Assembly (NCBI GenBank): GCA_963666735.1
Contig: OY762926.1
Span: forward strand, 3,776,001 to 3,840,000
DNA from: Gemmatimonadota bacterium
Lineage (GTDB): Bacteria; Gemmatimonadota; Gemmatimonadetes; Palauibacterales; Palauibacteraceae
Reading direction: 5' to 3'
DNA: 64,000 bases
The notes under the pieces were generated by a model, which searched no databases, was not told the origin of the DNA, and saw nothing but the letters and a program-made list of their open reading frames with translations. Shown here piece after piece: positions 26,845 through 35,223 of this stretch (position 1 is the stretch's first letter; the number at the start of each line of letters is the position of its first letter). The position numbers and the translations under genes are program-made.

Positions 26845-27288
26845 GTGACGAAACCCCGACGGGTGGTGGGGCTGCGCGGCCAGCGGGCGCTTCGGGGCGC
26901 CCTGGGAGCGGCGCTGTGTGCGATTCCGGCCGCCTGCGCCGCGGCGGGGGGCGCGCCGGCGGGCGGTCCGCGGCCCGAGGCGGACGGGCATGGCTTCCGC
27001 ATGAGCTACTACGTCTCGTGCAGCGTGAGCAATGAATGCCGTGTGCAGTACATCGACGAGGCCGGCGAACTGCGGGCACGCGACATCGTGGGCGATTGGG
27101 AGATGGATCTCGGCGCGGACCGGGGCACGCGGCTCTGGGTGCGCGCCGGCGCCGGCGGGTGTCCGCCCCGACCCGTGCGGGCCGAGATACGGATGGGCGC
27201 CGACGTCGTGGCCGAGCACCTCGCGCGGCCGCCGGGGGGCCAACGCTGCCGCTGGATCCTCGCCGAGACGGAGTTCCGCATCCCGTGA
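26845..27288 (+). CDS. Hypothetical exported or lipoprotein
   Basis: Basic N-terminus, hydrophobic stretch, lipobox-like PAAC, beta-rich Cys-containing domain; fits operon spacing. Confidence 0.55.
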   Translation: MTKPRRVVGLRGQRALRGALGAALCAIPAACAAAGGAPAGGPRPEADGHGFRMSYYVSCSVSNECRVQYIDEAGELRARDIVGDWEMDLGADRGTRLWVRAGAGGCPPRPVRAEIRMGADVVAEHLARPPGGQRCRWILAETEFRIP

Positions 27289-27842
27289 TCCGGCGCTTGG
27301 CGAGCGGCCTGCTGAAGCTCGCCGGCTGGCGGACCGTCGGCGAACCGCCCGGACCGAGGTCCGTCATCATCGGAGCCCCGCACACGTCGAACTGGGACTT
27401 CCCGCTCGCGCTGCTCTGCTTCTGGAGCGTCCCCATCCCCGCCCGCTGGGTCGGCAAGCATACGATCTTCCGATGGCCCTTCGGCGGTCCGCTGCGCCGT
27501 CTGGGCGGCATCCCCGTCGACCGGGCCCATACCACGGACTTCGTCCGCGTCATCGTCGAGGCGTTCGAGCGCGAACCGGAGTTCACGCTCGTGCTCGCGC
27601 CCGAGGGTACGCGCAGCCGCCGCGACCACTGGCGGAGCGGGTTCTACTGGATCGCGCACGGCGCGGGAGTGCCCCTCGCGCTGGGCTTCGTGAACTACGC
27701 CGACCGTACCGTGGGGATCGGCGACGCCTTCATCCCGAGCGGGGACATCGAAGCGGACATGGAGCGGATCCGCGCCTTCTACGCCGACAAGAGAGGGCGG
27801 CGCCCCGGGATGCAAAGTTCGATTCGCGTGCGCCCGCGCTGA
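27285..27842 (+). CDS. Lysophospholipid acyltransferase (PlsC family)
   Basis: PHTSNWD (HxxxxD), GGIPVDR, PEGTR. Confidence 0.88.
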   Translation: MIRRLASGLLKLAGWRTVGEPPGPRSVIIGAPHTSNWDFPLALLCFWSVPIPARWVGKHTIFRWPFGGPLRRLGGIPVDRAHTTDFVRVIVEAFEREPEFTLVLAPEGTRSRRDHWRSGFYWIAHGAGVPLALGFVNYADRTVGIGDAFIPSGDIEADMERIRAFYADKRGRRPGMQSSIRVRPR

Positions 27843-27878
27843 ACCGCGCCGCGTCGCCACAGGGCCCCGGAGCCGCCC

Positions 27879-28982
27879 TCAGACGCCTTCGGCCGTCTCC
27901 GCCATGAGGTGCCGGACCACGGCTCTTACGTCGCCGGTCTCCTCGTACACGGCGACCTGCCGCTGCGAACTCGACCCCTCCCTGATGATCCGGAGCGCGT
28001 ACTCCACCTCCGCGCGGGTTCCGAGTTCGTCGACCACGTCGTCGAGGAACCACTCGATGATTTCGATGATCAGATCCGCCGCCGGGTGCTCGCTCTGGCG
28101 CCCGAAATCGATGAGCTTCCCGGTCAGCCCGTACCTGGCCGCGCGCCATTTGTTCTCGGCGAGCAGGACCTCGGGATACTGGCGGAAGGTGAGGTTGTCC
28201 CGCCGCAGCTTCCACAGCTTCGCCACGATCCCCTGGAAGATGGCGGCGATGCACACGACCTCCTCCACGCGCGTGCACATGTCGCACACGCGGAATTCGA
28301 GCGTCGGGAACTTGTGGTTGGGGCGGACGTCCCACCAGATCTTGCTCGAATCCGGGATCGTGTTCGAACGGACCATGGTCTCGATGAAGTGCTCGTACTC
28401 GTTCCAGCTTCCGAAACTCATCGGGATGCCCGTGCGCGGGAAGTTCCGCCAGATGATGCTGCGGTAGGAGTGCAGGCCCGTCTTCGATCCTTCCCAGAAC
28501 GGGGAACTCGTGGAGAGCGCGAGCAGGTGGGGGAGGAAATACCGCGAGACGTTCATCGCGTCGACCATGAAGTCCCGATCCTCGATGCCCACGTGGATGT
28601 GGGTGCCGAAGATCAGGTTCCGCTCGGCGACCTGCTGCAGATCCTCCCTCAGCCCGACGTAGCGCTCGATCGGCGTGATGTCCTGCTGGTCCCAGGTCGA
28701 GAAGGGGTGGGTGCCCGCGGCCACGATGGCGAGCCCCTTCTCGGCGACCTTGCCGCTGACGAGGCGCCGCATGCGCAGGACTTCCTCGCGCGCCTCCCCC
28801 ACATCCCGGCAGACCTCGCTGGCCGTCTCCACGCAGGCCTGGTGAAGCTCCGGGTGAATCTGCTCGCGCGTCTCCAGGTCACCTTCGAGAATCTCGGTGA
28901 TGAACGACGTGAGTTCGCCGGTCTCCGGATGGACGACCTGGTATTCCTCTTCGATCCCGAGCGTGAGTGAAGGCGCTTTCAT
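27879..28982 (-). CDS. ybdK: Carboxylate-amine ligase (YbdK, glutamate-cysteine ligase family 2)
   Basis: TLGIEEEY, GTHPF, G.HIHVG, SSPFW, WWDVRP, TLEFRVCD, NKWRAARYG. Confidence 0.92.
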   Translation of the reverse strand: MKAPSLTLGIEEEYQVVHPETGELTSFITEILEGDLETREQIHPELHQACVETASEVCRDVGEAREEVLRMRRLVSGKVAEKGLAIVAAGTHPFSTWDQQDITPIERYVGLREDLQQVAERNLIFGTHIHVGIEDRDFMVDAMNVSRYFLPHLLALSTSSPFWEGSKTGLHSYRSIIWRNFPRTGIPMSFGSWNEYEHFIETMVRSNTIPDSSKIWWDVRPNHKFPTLEFRVCDMCTRVEEVVCIAAIFQGIVAKLWKLRRDNLTFRQYPEVLLAENKWRAARYGLTGKLIDFGRQSEHPAADLIIEIIEWFLDDVVDELGTRAEVEYALRIIREGSSSQRQVAVYEETGDVRAVVRHLMAETAEGV

Positions 28983-29112
28983 GTGACCCTCCCCGGAGAG
29001 CGTTTTCGAAGCCGCGGGGGCAAGCTACTTTCGAGGATCGCCGGAGGCCATGTATGTTTCTCCGTCCCCGATCCGACCCGTATCCCCGATTCCCGACACG
29101 GAGGCACCATCG

Positions 29113-29433
29113 ATGGACTGGCTCTACGCAACCTGCATCTTCTGGCTTGTGGCTGCGGTCTTCTTCGGCGGCATCTACGACGCGGAGACCGGATCGGCCG
29201 GCCGCCAGGCGCTGGGGCTCCTGCTCAACTTCGTCGTGTTCCTCGGCATCTTCGCGGTGCTGCGGCTCGCGCTCGGCGGCCTGGGCGGGGAGAGCGCATT
29301 CCTGCGCACGGTGTGGGGCACCGTGGTGCCCATAGGCCTGCCGACCATGCTGCTCGGCCGGATCGGGAACGTGGTCTTCAAGCTCGCGGGCGTCACGATG
29401 ACACGGAAAGTGTTCTCCGCGGACGCCCACTAG
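29113..29433 (+). CDS. Hypothetical membrane protein
   Basis: GGAGG upstream, several hydrophobic segments, host-like codon usage. Confidence 0.6.
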   Translation: MDWLYATCIFWLVAAVFFGGIYDAETGSAGRQALGLLLNFVVFLGIFAVLRLALGGLGGESAFLRTVWGTVVPIGLPTMLLGRIGNVVFKLAGVTMTRKVFSADAH

Positions 29434-29545
29434 CCGGACCCTTCCTCAGGGCGGAATGGCGCGCCCACTTGCAATCCTGCGAGGGTGGGCGAATTATGCG
29501 CCCGGATCGCTCGTCGGAGCTTACTTTCAACAGGGAGAACCCAGG

Positions 29546-29839
29546 ATGACCAAAGACGATTTCGCGGCGAAGCTCGCCTCGCAGGCCGGCCTGAGCAAAG
29601 CCAGCGCGCGAGATGTGATCGACTGCATATTCTCGACGGATGCCGGCACGGGGATCATCGCAGGCGAGCTTGACGCCGGCCGCGACTTCACGGTCACCGG
29701 CTTCGGCACGTTCGGAACCCGGCACCGCAAGGCGCGCATGGGCCGGAACCCCCAGACCGGCGAGTCGATTCAGATCGCGGCCATGAACGTTCCCACGTTC
29801 AAGGCGGGCAAGGGGCTCAAGGACCGCGTCCGAGCCTAG
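29546..29839 (+). CDS. hup: HU family DNA-binding protein
   Basis: MTK.DF, GFGTF, R.AR.GRNPQTGE.I.I.A, P.FKAGK.LKD. Confidence 0.95.
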   Translation: MTKDDFAAKLASQAGLSKASARDVIDCIFSTDAGTGIIAGELDAGRDFTVTGFGTFGTRHRKARMGRNPQTGESIQIAAMNVPTFKAGKGLKDRVRA

Positions 29840-29852
29840 AACGGCAACGCAA

Positions 29853-29878
29853 CGGGACCCGGCGTCGCCCGGGTCCCG
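29853..29878. terminator. Hairpin between convergent hup and coxE, probable terminator
   Basis: CGGGACCCGG-cgtcgc-CCGGGTCCCG perfect 10-bp stem; no clear U-tract. Confidence 0.6.
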
Positions 29879-29915
29879 CTGCGATCGCCTCCAACTCCGT
29901 CGTTTTCTCCTCCAG

Positions 29916-31055
29916 TCACAATCCGAGCAGCCCCGGGAGCGTCCTCAGCGCTTCGAGGCTGTGCCCTGACTGGAAGTAGTCCACGTACGGGAGCGCGGTG
30001 CGCATGCCCCTGGCTTCGGGCGCGTAGCGCGAACTCTCGAGCAGGGGATTGAGCCAGATCACTCGACGCGCGCGCCGCCGAATCCAGCCCATGGCGCGCC
30101 GCAGGGGTTCGACCTCGCCCTGGTCCAGTCCATCGGAGAGGATAATGACGAGCGTCCGCCGACCGAGCATCCGCTGGCCGTGCCGGGTCACGAACGTCTC
30201 CAGGCACTCGCCGATCCGCGTCCCGCTCGACCAGCCGCGGGCTCGCAGGCGGTCCAGCGCGGGATCGATCTCTTCGCCGGCCAGCCAGGGCGTGAGGTGC
30301 GTGAGGCGTGTGCTGAACGCGAAGGTCTGGATGTCTCGCGCGCGCCCGCACCCGAGGAGGAAGCGCAGCAGGAAGCGGCTGTAGCGCTCCATCGAGCCGC
30401 TCACGTCGCACAGGACGACGAGTTGCGGCGGTACGTGGCGCCGCCGCCGCCGCGCCAGGCGCACGAGTTCGCCCTCGTGGGCGACGAGCGACCGCAGCGT
30501 CCTCCGCACGTCGATCGGCCCCCGGCGGCCGCCCGGCTCCAGCCGCCGGCTGCGTCGCGTGGACAGCCGCACCATCAGTCGCTCGAGCCAGGCGTCGACC
30601 TCGCGCAGTTCCTCGTCGCCGATCGACGCGAAGGAGCGCCGTGCGAGCGAGTGGGCGGCGCTGTACACGGCGCCGACCGGGCGCTCCCGGGCGTCCGGCT
30701 CGTCCGGGGCGTGCGCTCCGACATCGTCGCGGGCCGCCGCCGCGAGCCCGTCCGGTTCGGAGAGCCCGCTGGCCGGCGGCCGGTGCCCCCGGTCCGACGC
30801 GGCCTTCGACAGCAGCTCCTCGACGGCGGATGAGGGCCGCCCTCCACGCCACCACGCGGGGAAGCAGCGCTCGAAGATCTCGAGGTCGGCGGCGCTCGAG
30901 CAGAACGCCGCGCGGAGGCCCGCTCTGACGTCCTCCACGTCCTCCGTGTCGATATGAGGGAGCGCGGCGAGGGCCGTCGTGGATTCGGAGAGCGCGCAGG
31001 CCACGCCTTCGCCGCGCAGTCGCCGGCCCAGGTCGACGATGCGCTCGGGCGTCAA
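29916..31055 (-). CDS. coxE: CoxE-like vWA domain protein
   Basis: ID.RRTLR, LCDVSGSM..YS, FSTRL, GTRIG, ILSDG, IWLNPL; TTG start overlapping the coxD stop. Confidence 0.85.
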   Translation of the reverse strand: MTPERIVDLGRRLRGEGVACALSESTTALAALPHIDTEDVEDVRAGLRAAFCSSAADLEIFERCFPAWWRGGRPSSAVEELLSKAASDRGHRPPASGLSEPDGLAAAARDDVGAHAPDEPDARERPVGAVYSAAHSLARRSFASIGDEELREVDAWLERLMVRLSTRRSRRLEPGGRRGPIDVRRTLRSLVAHEGELVRLARRRRRHVPPQLVVLCDVSGSMERYSRFLLRFLLGCGRARDIQTFAFSTRLTHLTPWLAGEEIDPALDRLRARGWSSGTRIGECLETFVTRHGQRMLGRRTLVIILSDGLDQGEVEPLRRAMGWIRRRARRVIWLNPLLESSRYAPEARGMRTALPYVDYFQSGHSLEALRTLPGLLGL

Positions 31056-31936
31056 CTCCCCCCGTCCCCCGATGAGGCGAGCAGTTCCGCCAGCCGCTCC
31101 TCCGTCAGCCCGGCCAGGTCGTTGGGGTCCTTCACGAGCGCCCCGATCGCGTCGCGCGCCGTCGCCGGACGCAGCGGGTCCGGCCCCAGGTGCTCCAGGG
31201 CCGCGGCAAAATCCAGCGTCTCCGCCACGCCGGGGGGCTTTGCGAGCCGCTCGCGCCGCAGCCGCTGGGCCAGCCTCACGGCCTCCCGCGCCCGGGCCGC
31301 CGCGATGTCCGGGCGTCGCCGCCGCAGAATCTCGACCTCGCGCGCCGTCTCGGGATAATCGATCCACAGGTAGAGGCAGCGCCGCCTGAGCGCGTCGGAC
31401 AGCTCGCGGGTCCCGTTCGAAGTGAGCACGACGACGGGCCGCGTCCGGGCTTCGACCGTGCCCAGCTCCGGGATCGAGACCTGAAAGTCCGACAGCAACT
31501 CGAGCAGGAACGCCTCGAACTCCTCGTCCGCCCGGTCCACCTCGTCGATGAGAAGCACCGGGCGCGTCTCGCAGCGAATCGCGCGCAGGAGCGGTCGCTC
31601 GAGCAGAAAGTCCGGCCCGAAGATCGTGCGTTGCACCGCCTCGGCATCGCCGTCGTCGCCCCGCAGACGGATGTGGAGGAGCTGCTTCTGGTAGTTCCAC
31701 TCGTAGAGGGCCGTCGGCAGGTCGAGCCCTTCGTAGCACTGGAGACGAATGAGTTCCGCCCCGAGCCAGGTGGCGACCGCCTTGGCGATCTCGGTCTTGC
31801 CGACGCCGGCGGCCCCCTCGACGAGCAGCGGTTTCTCCATCGCGAGGCCGAGATGGACCGCCGTTGCGATCCCCCGGTCGGCGACGTAACCCACCGCTTC
31901 GAGTTCCTCGATGATCTTCGCGATGTCCGGCTGCAA
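31052..31936 (-). CDS. coxD: MoxR-family AAA+ ATPase (CoxD-like)
   Basis: EGAAGVGKT, RLQCYEGLD..ALYEWNY.KQLL, LLIDEVDR, TSN.TRELSDALRRRC. Confidence 0.9.
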   Translation of the reverse strand: MQPDIAKIIEELEAVGYVADRGIATAVHLGLAMEKPLLVEGAAGVGKTEIAKAVATWLGAELIRLQCYEGLDLPTALYEWNYQKQLLHIRLRGDDGDAEAVQRTIFGPDFLLERPLLRAIRCETRPVLLIDEVDRADEEFEAFLLELLSDFQVSIPELGTVEARTRPVVVLTSNGTRELSDALRRRCLYLWIDYPETAREVEILRRRRPDIAAARAREAVRLAQRLRRERLAKPPGVAETLDFAAALEHLGPDPLRPATARDAIGALVKDPNDLAGLTEERLAELLASSGDGGS

Positions 31937-32126
31937 GGCGACGACCTCCCCGGTTGCGGGTGCGGCGCGGCAATCTCAGCTTCCGGTGGAAGCCGATCCG
32001 CGGTAGAGCCGCTCCCGGCAATATAACCGCTCCCCCGGAGACGATGCCCGACCGCGATCCGTCCCGGTCCGGCTCCGCTCCGCGGCGCACGCAAGCTTCC
32101 GAGGCGCAAACCCCCGAGGAATACCG

Positions 32127-32594
32127 ATGGCGATCGAGATAGAAAAGAGTTTCGATGTCCCGCAGACGGTGGACGAGGTCTGGAGTTTCCTGACGGATCC
32201 CGAACGCATCGTCGAATGTTTGCCGGGCGCGACGCTCCTCGAAGCCGTCGACGAGCGGACGTACCGCGGCGAGATCGGGCTCAAGCTCGGCCCCATCGGG
32301 ACCCGCTTCCTGGGCGAGATCCGTTTCGAGGAACTCGACGCGCAGCGCCATCACATGAAGATGACGGGGGAGGGACGGGACCGGCGGGGCAGCGGCAACG
32401 TGAGAATGACGATGTTGAGCCAGCTGCGGTCTGTAGAAGAGGAAGGGGCCGCGGGCACCCGGATATGGGTGTCGCAGTCCATCGCGCTGACGGGACGGCT
32501 TGCGTCGTTCGGGCGCGGCGGCGTGATTCAGTCGGTCTCGAATGTTATGTTCAACCGCTTCACGGGATGTGTGCGTGAGAAGCTGGCGCAGTGA
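32127..32594 (+). CDS. coxG: SRPBCC/CoxG family protein
   Basis: VW.FL.DP..I..CLPGA, KLGPI..F.G, TG.LA.FGRG.I. Confidence 0.82.
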   Translation: MAIEIEKSFDVPQTVDEVWSFLTDPERIVECLPGATLLEAVDERTYRGEIGLKLGPIGTRFLGEIRFEELDAQRHHMKMTGEGRDRRGSGNVRMTMLSQLRSVEEEGAAGTRIWVSQSIALTGRLASFGRGGVIQSVSNVMFNRFTGCVREKLAQ

Positions 32595-32773
32595 TCGGCC
32601 AAGTGATCAGCGCGCGGATCGGCGCAGGAATCGGCGGCTTGCGACTTGCGCGCGGTGGCGGCTTGCATTAATCGACCTTGATACCCTTGTTTCGAAGTGA
32701 TGCCGGTTTTGGTGTGTCGCACGGCCCTGTGATCCGTGCGCTTGTCTGTTGCACGAACGGTCCGAGGTATTCG

Positions 32774-34564
32774 ATGAGAAGCACGCGGAACATTCTCCCG
32801 TGGGTGGCGGCCGGAGTCGCTGTCCTCTCCCTTCCGGCGGCGCCTCGGGCGCTCGAAGCGCAGACGAGCGACCTGACGATCCTTGTCGCTCCCGTCGCGG
32901 CGACCGAGCCGGTCGACCGCCGTTTCGGGGAGCGCATCGCCGAGGAAATCCGGGACGCGCTCAGGATCTTCCCCGGCTACATTGCCATCGAACGCGATGA
33001 TGCCCGCGATCTGATCGACGATTTCGATCTCGATGAGAGAACGATGACCGCGATCGACTGGCGGCAGTTGGGGATGCAGATGGAGGCCACCCTCGTCATG
33101 GTTGGAACGGCGGTCATGGCCGACGGGGGTGTCGAAGTCGACATCACCTTCCTTGAGCCGCGCAGCGGGGACGAACTCCCGATGGAGGCGTTCGTCGTGA
33201 CGGACGACGACTCGCACGAAGAGGCGGCCTCCCAGATCATGGGACAGCTCGGGCGGGGCGTCGAGTATAGCCGTTCGCTCGCGTTCTGCGGCGATTACCT
33301 CGCCTCCGAACAGCCCATGGACGCGATCTCCAACTGCAACGCGGCCCTTGCGCTCAACCCGGGCAGCGACCGAGCGCACTATCTGCGCGGACGCGCGTAC
33401 ATGCTCAACGAGGCGTGGGGTGAGGCCGTCGCCGACCTGCAACGCGTCGTCGACAACAACGCGTCGAACGCCGAAGCCCTGGAGTCGCTCGCGTTCACGT
33501 ATGCGCAGCTGGGCGACGGCGCCGAGTCGCTTCGCTACTACCAGCAGTTTCTTGACTTCCGGCCGGACGATGTCGACACGCGGCTGCGGATCGCCTTCGA
33601 GCTTACGGAGGCTGGCCGCTGGGTCGAGACCGTGCAACTCCTCCAGGAGGGCGTGGAGCGCGCGCCGGACAACGTGGCCCTCCTCGAATACCTGACGGGC
33701 GCGGCGCTGCAGGCCGGACAGACCGGCGGAGAGGTCACCGACCCCGCCATGCTCCGGGTCGCCGTCGATGCTTCGGGCAAGCTCGTGGCGCTGCAGGGCG
33801 ACGCCGTGAACCCCTCGACGCTCTCCAACGCGACGAACGCGTACATGCTCCTCGAGGAGTACGACAACGCGCTCGACTTCTCGGAGCAGGCGCTCGAGTC
33901 GATTTCAGGTTCCGATGGCACCGGCGAAGGCGAAATGTCCCGCGAGGAATTGCTTGCCCGGGTCCACTCTTCACGCGCCACGATTTATGATCGGATGGAA
34001 GATCCGGCGGCGGGCGTGGCGGAGTTGGAGCAGGCGCTCGCGTACAGCCCGGACGTGCCGAACGGACGGCAGCGCCTCGCGGCGCTCAAGCTGAAGACGG
34101 GCGACATCGAAGGCGCGATCGCCGATTTCCGCGCCGCCGTGGCGAACGGGGCGGACGCGAACCAGATCGCGAACGCGATCTTCAGTCTGGCGTACTCGAA
34201 TCACTTCCAGGCCCAGTCCGGGGCGCTGTCCAACCCGGCCACGATCGATGTGCGTGAGGTCGCCACAGCGCTCGAACTGTTCGGCGTCGCCGCGGAATTG
34301 GTTACGGATCCGGCCGCGGCGGAGCAGATGCACTTCTTCATCGCGTTCGGATACTACCTGCAGGGAAGCGCCTACGATGGCCGCAACGAAGACGATGAGG
34401 CGTGCGCGCCCGCGCGCAACGCCCTGAACGCATTCCAGCGTGTGAGCACCCACTTGGCACAGGCGGGCAGTCACCAGGCCGGCAGCCAGCAGGAGATCCG
34501 CGAGGCGATCGATGTCCAGTTGTACCGCCAGGAGTCGATTATCGAGGCGTCCTGCAGCCGGTAA
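32774..34564 (+). CDS. Exported tetratricopeptide-repeat protein
   Basis: Signal peptide (LEA/Q), TPR-like helices (AL.LNP..AHY.RG.AY; Y..FL..RPDD; L..AL...PD). Confidence 0.8.
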   Translation: MRSTRNILPWVAAGVAVLSLPAAPRALEAQTSDLTILVAPVAATEPVDRRFGERIAEEIRDALRIFPGYIAIERDDARDLIDDFDLDERTMTAIDWRQLGMQMEATLVMVGTAVMADGGVEVDITFLEPRSGDELPMEAFVVTDDDSHEEAASQIMGQLGRGVEYSRSLAFCGDYLASEQPMDAISNCNAALALNPGSDRAHYLRGRAYMLNEAWGEAVADLQRVVDNNASNAEALESLAFTYAQLGDGAESLRYYQQFLDFRPDDVDTRLRIAFELTEAGRWVETVQLLQEGVERAPDNVALLEYLTGAALQAGQTGGEVTDPAMLRVAVDASGKLVALQGDAVNPSTLSNATNAYMLLEEYDNALDFSEQALESISGSDGTGEGEMSREELLARVHSSRATIYDRMEDPAAGVAELEQALAYSPDVPNGRQRLAALKLKTGDIEGAIADFRAAVANGADANQIANAIFSLAYSNHFQAQSGALSNPATIDVREVATALELFGVAAELVTDPAAAEQMHFFIAFGYYLQGSAYDGRNEDDEACAPARNALNAFQRVSTHLAQAGSHQAGSQQEIREAIDVQLYRQESIIEASCSR

Positions 34565-34576
34565 TCTCCACGTGTG

Positions 34577-34612
34577 CCCGGCCCGCCTCGCTGCGGGCCG
34601 GGATCTTTTTTT
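34577..34612 (+). terminator. Intrinsic terminator after the TPR gene
   Basis: CCCGGCCCGC-ctcgct-GCGGGCCGGG then T7. Confidence 0.88.
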
Positions 34613-34616
34613 GTCC

Positions 34617-34709
34617 GTGGGATGGGGTAAAATGGGGAGAAAAGGGGTTGACACCCATCACTAGGGCGCATAAGGTGGGATCCGGTGGGTGGAAACGGGT
34701 CGTTCTGGG
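34617..34709 (+). promoter_or_regulatory. dcw promoter with MraZ-box-like repeats
   Basis: TTGACA (34648-34653) - 17 bp - TAAGGT (34671-34676); TGGG-like repeats at about 10-bp period on both sides. Confidence 0.8.
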
Positions 34710-34742
34710 AGGGACACCCTCGACGAATGTCGAAGGCACAAT

Positions 34743-35174
34743 TTGCCAGGCTTTCTGGGGAGTTATCGACATCAACTCGACTCGCAGGGTCGGGTCAGCC
34801 TGCCGGCGCCTTTTCGAAGGGGCCGGGAACGGGAGCCGTTCGTCCTCCTCAAGACGCAACCCGACGCGCTGTCGCTCTATCCGGAAGATGCCTGGGCGGG
34901 AGTACAGGACGAACTCCGGGAGATGTCGAGACGGGAACCGCGTTTTCGCCCCCAGGTGCTTCGCGTCACGGCGGACGCCGTTCAGGTCTCGCCGGACGCT
35001 CAGGGCAGGATCCTGATACCGGAGAGGATGAGGAAGGCGATCGCGCTCGGAAGTGAAGCGCTGGTCGTGGGCGCGATCAACCACGTCCAGATCTGGCATC
35101 CGGAGACGTTCGAGAGCGTGACGAGTGCCACGGACGAGGACTTCGATCGATTGATGGAGACGGTGTTCGCCTGA
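34743..35174 (+). CDS. mraZ: Transcriptional regulator MraZ
   Basis: F.G.Y.H.LD.QGRV.LP and D.QGRI.IP repeats; probable TTG start. Confidence 0.92.
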   Translation: MPGFLGSYRHQLDSQGRVSLPAPFRRGREREPFVLLKTQPDALSLYPEDAWAGVQDELREMSRREPRFRPQVLRVTADAVQVSPDAQGRILIPERMRKAIALGSEALVVGAINHVQIWHPETFESVTSATDEDFDRLMETVFA

Positions 35175-35223
35175 TGGGGTTTCCGATCGCCGCACGGTGG
35201 GGGGAGTCGAGGAAGCCGACGGA

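Noticed and set aside
23064..29000. Genomic island integrated at tRNA-Val
   Set aside because: No integrase, no duplicated tRNA 3' end seen, and codon usage looks host-like
29916..32354. 812-aa minus-strand ORF suggesting a large CoxE fusion
   Set aside because: The upstream part is an off-frame read of coxD and antisense coxG; CoxE-like sequence begins at TTG 31055
32595..32773. Possible riboswitch or sRNA upstream of the TPR gene
   Set aside because: Only a small hairpin and an AT-richer promoter-like stretch; no family consensus I can recognise
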